Positions 52,475 to 60,226 of a DNA stretch of 64,000 bases are shown piece by piece. This stretch comes from an uncultured Rhodobacter sp. GTDB lineage: Bacteria; Pseudomonadota; Alphaproteobacteria; Rhodobacterales; Rhodobacteraceae. The notes under the pieces were generated by a model. That model was not told the DNA's origin, ran no database searches, and saw only the letters and a list, made by a program, of their open reading frames with translations. The stretch spans positions 53,234 through 117,233 of the forward strand of contig CAMFII010000008.1 in the NCBI GenBank assembly GCA_945952585.1, given 5' to 3'. Numbering within the stretch: position 1 is the stretch's first letter; each line of letters starts with the position of its first letter. The translations under genes and the position numbers were made by a program.

Positions 52475-52834
52475 TCAACTGCCCCGGTACGTCGAATAGC
52501 CGAACGGCGAGAGCAGCAGCGGCACATGGTAATGTGCGTCCGCGTCCGGGATGCCGAAGCGGATCGGGATCTCGTCGAGAAACAGAACGCCCTCACTCGC
52601 CTGGCCGCTTGCGCGCAAGTAGTCGCCGGCGGCGAAAACAAGTTCGTAGCTGCCCTCGGCCATCTTGTCGCCCATCAGCAGGGGGCTGTCCGTACGGCCG
52701 TCATGGTTGGTGACCGCCTCCGCGATCTTGCGGTGACTCTGACCGGAGATCCGGTAGAGCGTGATGCGGATGCCTTCGGCCGGTTTCCCCCGCGCCGTGT
52801 CCAGAACATGCGTCGACAACCGACCGCCTGCCAT
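52475..52834 (-). CDS. uraH: 5-hydroxyisourate hydrolase (transthyretin-like)
   Basis: [33 protein letters not shown]. Confidence 0.96.
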   Translation of the reverse strand: MAGGRLSTHVLDTARGKPAEGIRITLYRISGQSHRKIAEAVTNHDGRTDSPLLMGDKMAEGSYELVFAAGDYLRASGQASEGVLFLDEIPIRFGIPDADAHYHVPLLLSPFGYSTYRGS

Positions 52835-52982
52835 TCAACCCTCCATGCTTTACCGCCATCCTGCCCCCTAATCGGGCGGATGGCGATGCCTCAGGTGCAA
52901 GGAAGATGTTTCCGTGAGAATTTGATAAACCCCGCTGTGTCTAGGGCCTAGAACAAAGGCAGCAAGAGAAGGCGCCCTACCG

Positions 52983-54404
52983 ATGACAACGCCCCCCCGT
53001 TATCCCCGCGACTTCACCGGTTACGGCGGCACGCCGCCTGACGCAGCCTGGCCCGGTGGGGCGAAGGTCGCGATCAGCCTCGTGCTCAATTACGAGGAAG
53101 GCGGCGAGAACTCGGTCCTGCACGGCGATGCCGCGTCCGAGGCGTTCCTGTCCGACATCGCCGGGGCCGCGCCCTGGCCGGGGATGCGCCACTGGAACAT
53201 GGAGTCGATCTACGACTACGGCGCGCGGGCTGGCTTCTGGCGGCTGCACGACCTTTTCACCGCGCGCCGCCTGCCGGTGACGATCTACGGCGTGGCAACG
53301 GCCCTCGCCCGGGCGCCCGCGCAGGTCGCGGCGATGAAGGCGGCGGGGTGGGAGATTGCCAGCCACGGGCTGAAATGGGTCGACCACCGCGACATGCCCG
53401 AGGAGGAGGAGCGCCGCCAGATCGCCGAAGCGATCCGCCTGCATACCGAGGTCACGGGGAGCCGCCCGACCGGTTGGTATACCGGGCGCTGCTCGGTCAA
53501 CACGGTGCGGCTGACGGCGGAGCAGGGCTTCGACTGGATCTCGGACACCTACGACGACGACCTGCCCTACTGGATCGAGGCGGGGGATCGCGACCAGCTG
53601 GTGATCCCCTACACGCTCGAAGCCAACGACATGCGCTTTGCCACGGCGCCGGGCTACATCACCGGCGAGCAGTTCTTCCAGTATCTGAAGGACAGCTTCG
53701 ACACGCTCTATGCCGAAGGCCTGGCGGGTAGCCCGAAGATGTTCTCGATCGGCCTGCACTGCCGCCTGATCGGCCGTCCGGGCAAGATCGCCGGCCTGAT
53801 CCGCTTCCTCGACTATGCCCAAGGGAAAGAGGGCGTCTGGTTCGCCCGCCGCCTCGACATCGCGCGCCACTGGACCAAGACCCATCCGGCGCGACGCTTC
53901 GAGCGGCCGAGCCGGATGGACAAGGCTGCGTTCGTCGCGCGCTTCGGCGGCATCTTCGAACATTCTCCCTGGATTGCCGAGCGGGCCTGGGCACTGGAAC
54001 TAGGGCCGGCGCATGACTCCGCTGTCGGCTTGCATTGCGCGCTGGCACGGATGTTCCGCTCGGCCAGCGAGGCGGAGCGGCTTGGCGTGCTAACCGCGCA
54101 CCCGGACCTTGCCGGGAAACTCGCACAGGCCAAACGGCTGACGGCGGAAAGCACCTCGGAACAGGCGAGCGCGGGGTTGGACGCGCTGACCGATGAGGAA
54201 CGCGCGACGTTCCAGAAGCTGAACGCCGACTATGTGGCGAAGTTCGGCTTCCCCTTCATCATCGCCGTGCGGGATAACAGCAAGGCCTCGATCCTTTCGG
54301 CCTTCCAGACCCGCATCGCAAATGACCGCGCCACCGAATTCGCCACCGCCTGCGCCCAGGTCGAACGCATCGCCGAACTGCGCCTGAAGGATCTTCTCCC
54401 ATGA
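52983..54404 (+). CDS. puuE: Allantoinase PuuE fused to OHCU decarboxylase (UraD)
   Basis: NYEEGGE, ESIYDYGARAG, HGLKW, GLHCRLIGRPG, followed by FEHSPWIA, AHPDLAG, YVAKFGFPFIIAVR. Confidence 0.92.
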   Translation: MTTPPRYPRDFTGYGGTPPDAAWPGGAKVAISLVLNYEEGGENSVLHGDAASEAFLSDIAGAAPWPGMRHWNMESIYDYGARAGFWRLHDLFTARRLPVTIYGVATALARAPAQVAAMKAAGWEIASHGLKWVDHRDMPEEEERRQIAEAIRLHTEVTGSRPTGWYTGRCSVNTVRLTAEQGFDWISDTYDDDLPYWIEAGDRDQLVIPYTLEANDMRFATAPGYITGEQFFQYLKDSFDTLYAEGLAGSPKMFSIGLHCRLIGRPGKIAGLIRFLDYAQGKEGVWFARRLDIARHWTKTHPARRFERPSRMDKAAFVARFGGIFEHSPWIAERAWALELGPAHDSAVGLHCALARMFRSASEAERLGVLTAHPDLAGKLAQAKRLTAESTSEQASAGLDALTDEERATFQKLNADYVAKFGFPFIIAVRDNSKASILSAFQTRIANDRATEFATACAQVERIAELRLKDLLP

Positions 54405-55237
54405 CCGCCTATTACGCTCCGCCCGGCGGCCTACCGCCGCAATCCGCGATCCACACCGGCCGCGCGGTCTTTACTGAAGCCTATGCGGTGATCCCGAAAG
54501 GCGTCTTCTCGGACATCGTGACCAGCTACCTGCCCGGATGGACCGACACCCGCCTGTGGATGATCGCCCGGCCGATGTCCGGCTTCTCGGAAACCTTCAG
54601 CCAGTATGTCATGGAGGTGGAGCCCGGCGGCGGGTCGGACCGGCCCGAGAACGATCCGGCGGCGCAATCGGTTATCTTCGTGACCGCTGGCGAACTGACT
54701 CTGGCGATCGGGGATGCGAAGCACCACCTGACCTCGGGTGGCTACGCCTATATTCCAGCCGGGACGACGTGGCGGCTTTGGGCTGTCGGCACCGAACCGG
54801 CCCGCTTCCACTGGGTGCGCAAGATCTGGGAACCCGCCGAGGGGATCGAGAAGCCGACCGCCTTCGTGACCAATGAACGGCAGATCGCCCCGATCGCGAT
54901 GCCGGATACGGATGGTCGTTGGGCGACGACCCGCTTCGTCGATCCGGCCGACCTGCGCCACGACATGCATGTGAACATCGTCACCTTCCTGCCGGGGGGC
55001 GTCATCCCGTTCGAAGAGACCCATGTCATGGAGCACGGGCTTTACGTCCTGGAGGGCAAGGCGGTCTACCGGCTGAACCGTGACTGGGTCGAGGTCGAGG
55101 CGGGTGATTTCATGTGGCTGCGCGCCTACTGCCCGCAGGCCTGCTATGCCGCCGGGCCGGGGCCGTTCCGCTACCTGCTCTACAAGGACGTGAACCGCCA
55201 TGCACGATTGCGCGGACCCTGGTCGGCAGGGCGCTGA
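54401..55237 (+). CDS. allE: (S)-ureidoglycine aminohydrolase / bifunctional allantoicase (bicupin)
   Basis: FEETHVMEHGLYVLEG, GDFMWLRAYCPQ, YLLYKDVNR. Confidence 0.9.
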   Translation: MTAYYAPPGGLPPQSAIHTGRAVFTEAYAVIPKGVFSDIVTSYLPGWTDTRLWMIARPMSGFSETFSQYVMEVEPGGGSDRPENDPAAQSVIFVTAGELTLAIGDAKHHLTSGGYAYIPAGTTWRLWAVGTEPARFHWVRKIWEPAEGIEKPTAFVTNERQIAPIAMPDTDGRWATTRFVDPADLRHDMHVNIVTFLPGGVIPFEETHVMEHGLYVLEGKAVYRLNRDWVEVEAGDFMWLRAYCPQACYAAGPGPFRYLLYKDVNRHARLRGPWSAGR

Positions 55238-55248
55238 CCGGAGGCGTC

Positions 55249-55324
55249 GAGGGGGGCTTTGCGCCCCCCAGGTGCGGACTTGCGTCCGCCCCTCCCCCCG
55301 CAGGATATTTGGGCAAAAGATACG
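55249..55324 (+). repeat. REP-like GC hairpin repeat, copy 2, with an extra internal hairpin
   Basis: GAGGGGGGCTTTGCGCCCCCC + GCGGAC-TTGC-GTCCGC + CCCCCCGCAGGATATTTGGGCAAAAGA. Confidence 0.65.
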
Positions 55325-55339
55325 GGACATTTTAGTCAA

Positions 55340-55831
55340 ATGCAGATCATCAGCGCCGAGCCCCTGACGCCGCAGGCCTTTGCCGCCTTCGGCGACGTGC
55401 TGTCGGCGGAGGGCGCGCCGGAGCGGATGATCAACGAAGGGCTCTGCGCCAGGCATCACGACCGCGCGCGGCTTGACTTCAGCAGCGGGCGGGCGGGGAT
55501 ATCGATCTTCGACGCCGTGCCGCGTGAACTGCCTTACGAGTTCGACCTCGTCGAGCGTCACCCCGACGGGAGCCAGTCCTTCATCCCGATGACCGCGGCG
55601 CCCTTCCTGGTGATCGTGGCGCCGGACGAGGGCGGGCGGCCGGGGCGGCCGCGCGCCTTCCTGACCAGCGGTGGGCAGGCAATCAACCTGCATCGCGGCA
55701 CTTGGCACGGGGTACTGACGCCACTGGCGGCGCCGGGTCTGTTCGCCGTGGTGGACCGGATCGGCGAGGGGGCAAATCTCGAGGAATACCGCTATCCCGA
55801 GCGTTTCTGCGTAGTCGCCCCGGGCCGCTGA
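55340..55831 (+). CDS. allA: Ureidoglycolate lyase
   Basis: EPLTPQAFAAFGDV, VERHPDGSQSFIP, GTWHGVL, FAVVDR. Confidence 0.92.
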   Translation: MQIISAEPLTPQAFAAFGDVLSAEGAPERMINEGLCARHHDRARLDFSSGRAGISIFDAVPRELPYEFDLVERHPDGSQSFIPMTAAPFLVIVAPDEGGRPGRPRAFLTSGGQAINLHRGTWHGVLTPLAAPGLFAVVDRIGEGANLEEYRYPERFCVVAPGR

Positions 55832-55837
55832 TCGGCC

Positions 55838-56806
55838 TCAGGCCATCAGTCTCGCCACATCGAGCATCCGGTTCGAAAAACCCCATTCATTGTCATACCA
55901 ACCAAAGACCCGGACCATCCCGCCCTTCGTAACGCGGGTCTCGGGCAAAGCCATGACAATGCTTTCGGGCCGGGCCCTGAGATCGGTCGAAACGAGGGGC
56001 CGATCAGTTACCCCGATTACCCCGCCCGCCGCGCCAAGCACGGTGTTCACCTCGGCTGCGGTCGGAACCCGCTCGACCATCACCGCAAGGTCGACGGCCG
56101 AGACGCTGGCGGTCGGCACCCGCACGGCCGAGCCTTCGATCCGGCCGGCGATCTCGGGCAGGACCTGATCGAGCAGGCGCTGCGCAGAGGTCGTGGTCGG
56201 GACCATCGACAGGGCGGCCGCGCGGCTGCGGGCGAAATCAGCAGCCGGGGCATCGACCGTCGGCTGGCTACCGGTGTAGCAATGGATGGTCGTCATGGAG
56301 CCGGTCACGACCCCGAAGGCCCGGTGCAGGACCTTCGCCAGAGGTGCGAGCGCGTTGGTGGTGCAGGACGCGTTCGAAACGATGCGCTGGCCGCGCAGGG
56401 CAGCCTCGTTCGCACCCAAGACCACAGTCAGCTCTGCTGCGCGCGACGGGCCGGAGATCAGGACGCGCCCGGCACCGGCGGCAAGCCCCTGCCCCGCAAC
56501 CTCCGCACTGTCGGCGCGACCAGTGCATTCCATGACCAGATCCACTCCGGTCAGATCAAGCCTCTTCAGGTCGGGAGTACGGTGAAGGGGAATCGCGTTG
56601 CCGTTCACGACAAGCGCGCCGTCCTGTAAGGCAACGCTGCCGCGGAATGGGCCGAAGACACTGTCATATTCGAAAAGGTAGGCGCACATCGCCGCGTCTG
56701 CGATGTCGTTGATCCCCGCGATCTCAAGCCCGGGCGCGGCTCCGCCCGCCCAGGCCCGCAGGACCGACCGGCCAATCCGGCCGAAACCGTTTATGAAGAT
56801 GCGCAT
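55838..56806 (-). CDS. Type I GAPDH-family dehydrogenase, divergent (possibly Epd-like)
   Basis: INGFGRIGR, ECTG, SNASCTTNALAP, RVPT..VS, WYDNEWGFS. Confidence 0.88.
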   Translation of the reverse strand: MRIFINGFGRIGRSVLRAWAGGAAPGLEIAGINDIADAAMCAYLFEYDSVFGPFRGSVALQDGALVVNGNAIPLHRTPDLKRLDLTGVDLVMECTGRADSAEVAGQGLAAGAGRVLISGPSRAAELTVVLGANEAALRGQRIVSNASCTTNALAPLAKVLHRAFGVVTGSMTTIHCYTGSQPTVDAPAADFARSRAAALSMVPTTTSAQRLLDQVLPEIAGRIEGSAVRVPTASVSAVDLAVMVERVPTAAEVNTVLGAAGGVIGVTDRPLVSTDLRARPESIVMALPETRVTKGGMVRVFGWYDNEWGFSNRMLDVARLMA

Positions 56807-56887
56807 GACCCGCTCCGTCCTTGTCTTGGGGGCAGTCAGATCATGGCGCGCGGGCGGGTTCAATGCCCCGCCCGGACGACAAGGGCA

Positions 56888-57547
56888 TCAAGCTTTCGGA
56901 AAGAGCGCATCCGTCTGAGCCTGTACCTGCGCGGCAAGACCCGGATCAACGTTCATCTTCTGCGCCAGCAGCGCAAGATAATCCCTCTCGGCTGGGGTGT
57001 CGGGATCCACGACCAGCACCGACGCCGTGTAGATCTGCGCGGCTTCCTCCGCCGATGTCGCCATCGCCGCAATCCGGTCGATGTCGAGCGGCTGGGCAAG
57101 TTCTTCCTGGATCAACTGCGCGACCTCTGGTCCGAGCCCAAGGGTCTGGATCTGCTGCTTGATCTTTTCCTGTTCGTCGATGGTGACGTTGCCATCCGCC
57201 TTTGCGGCCGCGATCATGGCCCGAACCAGGCGCGCATTCAGCTGATCCGTCACCTGTGGCGCCGCGGTATCAAGGCCGAGCGCGCCGGTAATCGCATCCA
57301 TCGGAGATTTTCCGGCCTGATAGTCGGCATAGGCGCGCGAGGCGAGGCTGCCGATCAGCGCGGCACCTCCGACACGGGCGACACCCGCCAAGCCGCCCTT
57401 CCCTCCCAGCAATACGCCGAGCAGGCCGCCCGCGAGGGCACCCTTTGTGCCGGTCGACTGGGCGTCCCAGCCCTGCCTGGCCTTGTTCACGAGGTCGCTT
57501 CCGCCACCGGCAAGGAGCTGGTCCATCAGCTTCGATACGTCTCTCAT
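56888..57547 (-). CDS. DUF533/TerB-like membrane-associated protein
   Basis: Gly-rich hydrophobic N-terminus, RAMIAAAKADG, IYTAS, ERDYL..LA..L. Confidence 0.8.
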   Translation of the reverse strand: MRDVSKLMDQLLAGGGSDLVNKARQGWDAQSTGTKGALAGGLLGVLLGGKGGLAGVARVGGAALIGSLASRAYADYQAGKSPMDAITGALGLDTAAPQVTDQLNARLVRAMIAAAKADGNVTIDEQEKIKQQIQTLGLGPEVAQLIQEELAQPLDIDRIAAMATSAEEAAQIYTASVLVVDPDTPAERDYLALLAQKMNVDPGLAAQVQAQTDALFPKA

Positions 57548-57824
57548 CCTCAAGATCCCCCATACGAAAAACAACTGGCGCCTATGAAGCGAAGGTATGG
57601 TCAGGATCACGACGTTTCAACGACCAGGCGGAGGCTTCCGGCTGCGGCCACCTCGTGCGATCCCCTCGCAGACAGAAATCGGCGAAAGTCCGCGCTGGTC
57701 GCGTCCCTTCACCGCTTCGCTCCCTCCAACGGGCAAGTTCATCTTTGCCAACCGCGCCACTGCCGGTCGCTCGCCTAGGCCCGCGGCAGCCGACCCGCGA
57801 CGCGGTCAAGCACGGCGTTGAACG

Positions 57825-59816
57825 TTATGCCGTCTTCCGGTCGGCCCGGATCGGATCGAACAGCAGGCGCAGGCCATTCAGCACAACAAGCACCGTCCCG
57901 CCCTCGTGCCCGATGACCGCAAGCGGCAAGGGCAGTTCGAACGCCAGCGCGCCAATCACCAGCAGGATCATGGCAGACAGAGCGAAGATCAGGTTCTGGC
58001 GGATCACGCGCCCGGTCCGCCGCGCCAGGCGGTGCGCCGCCGCGAGCCGGTCCATGTTGTCGGACAACAGCGCGACGTCCGCCGCCTGCAGCGCGACTTC
58101 GCTGCCGGCCGCCCCCATGGCAATCCCGACATCGGCCCGGGCCAGCGCCGCGGCATCGTTCACTCCGTCGCCGACAAAGGCGACCTTGCCCGCCTTGTGC
58201 AGGTCGGCCACCAGCAGCACCTTGTCCTCCGGCAGAAGGTCCGCATGGATCTCGTCATCACGCAGGCCGAGTTCCCGGCCGATGCGCAGTGCAACCGGGC
58301 GGCGGTCGCCCGTCATCATTGCCAGCGTGGTGATCCCACCCTCGCGCAGGGCCTCCAGCCCCAGACGCGAGGTCGCCCGGGGACGGTCCGCGACCGTCAC
58401 CGCGCCATAGACCTGGGCATCGCGGCCCAGATAGACGATCGTTTCGGCATCGTCGTCCAAAGCCTGCAGGCCAGCCTGCTCCGGACTGGCGCCCATGCGG
58501 GCAGCCATCCTTGCATTGCCCGCCCACAGCAGGTTCATCCCGTCAAAGCTCTGGTCATCGCGGCCGGTGATCCCTTCGCTCGGATGGGCAGTCACGCCAG
58601 AGACTTCGACCGGAACCAAACCGCGAACCTCGACGGCGCGCCGGACGGCGTCGGCGATGTGATGTTCGGAATGCGCCTCGATCCCGCCAAGAAGCGCGAG
58701 GAAGCGGTCTTCATCGCCGGTCAGATCGGCGATGCGGGTCACCTCGGCCTGACCGGTGGTCAGTGTGCCCGTCTTGTCGAAGGCAAAGCTCTTGACCGCC
58801 CCGAGGGTTTCCAGCGCGGCCCCACCCTTGAAGAGGACGCCGCCCCGGCCCGCCGCCGCCAGGGCCGACAATATTGCCGCCGGCACCGAGATCACCACGG
58901 CGCATGGGCTGGCAGCCACCAACAATGTCGCAGCCCGGTAAAGTGCATCGCCAAATGGCCACTTCAGCCAGAGAAGAACGCCGAATGCCACAATCGATCC
59001 CGCCAGCACGCCAACAGTATAGCGTTGCCCGAACCAGGCGCTGAACCGTTCCGAAGGCGCCTTTGCGGCCTGGGCCTCGGTTACCAACTTGATCATCCTG
59101 GCGATGGTGCCCTCGGATGCTGTGCGGTCCACCCGCACCTCAAGCACGGCATCCACGTTCACTGTCGCTTCGAAAACCGGCTGTCCGGGCCGTTTGTGCA
59201 CCGGAACGGACTCGCCCGTGATCGTCGCCTCGTTGATCGAGCCTTCGCCCTCGACGATCGTGCCATCCGCTGGCATCCGCGCGCCCGGGCGAATGACCAC
59301 GCGATCTCCGACCGCCAGGTCGCCGACTGCAATCTCCAAGACCTGACCGTCCGGTCCACGGCGCAGCGCCGTTTCTGGCCGCAGGGCCATCAGCGCCTCA
59401 ACCGCCCGCCGCGCCTTTCCCATCGCCAGTTCTTCAAGGGTGGTCGACAGGCTGAACAGCATCAGCAGGACCGCACCTTCCATCGGTGCGCCGACGACCG
59501 CCGCAGCGACAGCAGCCACGACCATCAGAAGGTCGACATCAAGGACGTGATCATTCCAAAGTTCGGACAGCGCCCGCACGGCTGGCGGAACTCCACCGGC
59601 CAGGTAGACGACGCCAAGCGCAAGGACCTGAACTTCCCACGGACCACCGCCAAGCATCATGGCAGCGGCCAACAGGAGCCCCCCGACAGTAAGGCCGGTC
59701 AGCAAGGTATCTGCCCGCGTGTCGTCGCCCCGATCCGCAAGCGAATGCGCCATCGGCCCGGCCGCCTCGGCCGGCGCCGTGGCCGCAATTCCGTGCGTCA
59801 AATCCTGCCCGTCCAT
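57825..59816 (-). CDS. Heavy-metal P1B-4-type ATPase (Co/Zn/Cd/Fe)
   Basis: TGES, SPC in TM6, DKTGTLT, MTGD, GDGVNDA, HEGGT; no N-terminal CxxC domain. Confidence 0.92.
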   Translation of the reverse strand: MDGQDLTHGIAATAPAEAAGPMAHSLADRGDDTRADTLLTGLTVGGLLLAAAMMLGGGPWEVQVLALGVVYLAGGVPPAVRALSELWNDHVLDVDLLMVVAAVAAAVVGAPMEGAVLLMLFSLSTTLEELAMGKARRAVEALMALRPETALRRGPDGQVLEIAVGDLAVGDRVVIRPGARMPADGTIVEGEGSINEATITGESVPVHKRPGQPVFEATVNVDAVLEVRVDRTASEGTIARMIKLVTEAQAAKAPSERFSAWFGQRYTVGVLAGSIVAFGVLLWLKWPFGDALYRAATLLVAASPCAVVISVPAAILSALAAAGRGGVLFKGGAALETLGAVKSFAFDKTGTLTTGQAEVTRIADLTGDEDRFLALLGGIEAHSEHHIADAVRRAVEVRGLVPVEVSGVTAHPSEGITGRDDQSFDGMNLLWAGNARMAARMGASPEQAGLQALDDDAETIVYLGRDAQVYGAVTVADRPRATSRLGLEALREGGITTLAMMTGDRRPVALRIGRELGLRDDEIHADLLPEDKVLLVADLHKAGKVAFVGDGVNDAAALARADVGIAMGAAGSEVALQAADVALLSDNMDRLAAAHRLARRTGRVIRQNLIFALSAMILLVIGALAFELPLPLAVIGHEGGTVLVVLNGLRLLFDPIRADRKTA

Positions 59817-59903
59817 GTCCGACCTTCGTTTATCCGCGCAAAACACTCCGAAGGTCGCACGGAATGACGGAAGCTCCAATGATCTGCCGCAAGTCGTGAA
59901 GTC

Positions 59904-60212
59904 TCAACGCACGTCTTCCCCGATGCGGACCGTCAGGAACCCGTTGTTGGGAAAGGTCTCGATTGCCCCATCTGCATATGTGATGCGGAACTCGCCTTCA
60001 TAAAGCCCGGCATCCGTCGTATCGGCTGCGGCCCAGCCATATTCCACGACCGCTCCTTCAAGGATGTCACAGGGCGCATCGATGATCGTCGCTCCGCCAC
60101 GCAGCCGCATCTGGAACTGCGCGGTGGCACCGACCAGACTGACCGCAGGCTCAAGCACATAGCGCAGGGCGGGCGAGGTATCGCCGCGCTTGATGTAGAA
60201 GGTCTCGCTCAT
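59904..60212 (-). CDS. BppU-like (phage baseplate upper protein N-domain) small protein
   Basis: MSETFYIKRGDTSPAL...YGWAAADT...YEGEFRITY.DG.IETFPN.GF resembles this phage family from recall; no HMM was run. Confidence 0.65.
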   Translation of the reverse strand: MSETFYIKRGDTSPALRYVLEPAVSLVGATAQFQMRLRGGATIIDAPCDILEGAVVEYGWAAADTTDAGLYEGEFRITYADGAIETFPNNGFLTVRIGEDVR

Positions 60213-60226
60213 TCGCTTTTCTCCTC

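Noticed and set aside
57548-57824. Small ORFs (75 and 74 aa) between the TerB-like gene and the ATPase
   Set aside because: No RBS, no motif and non-coding-like composition.
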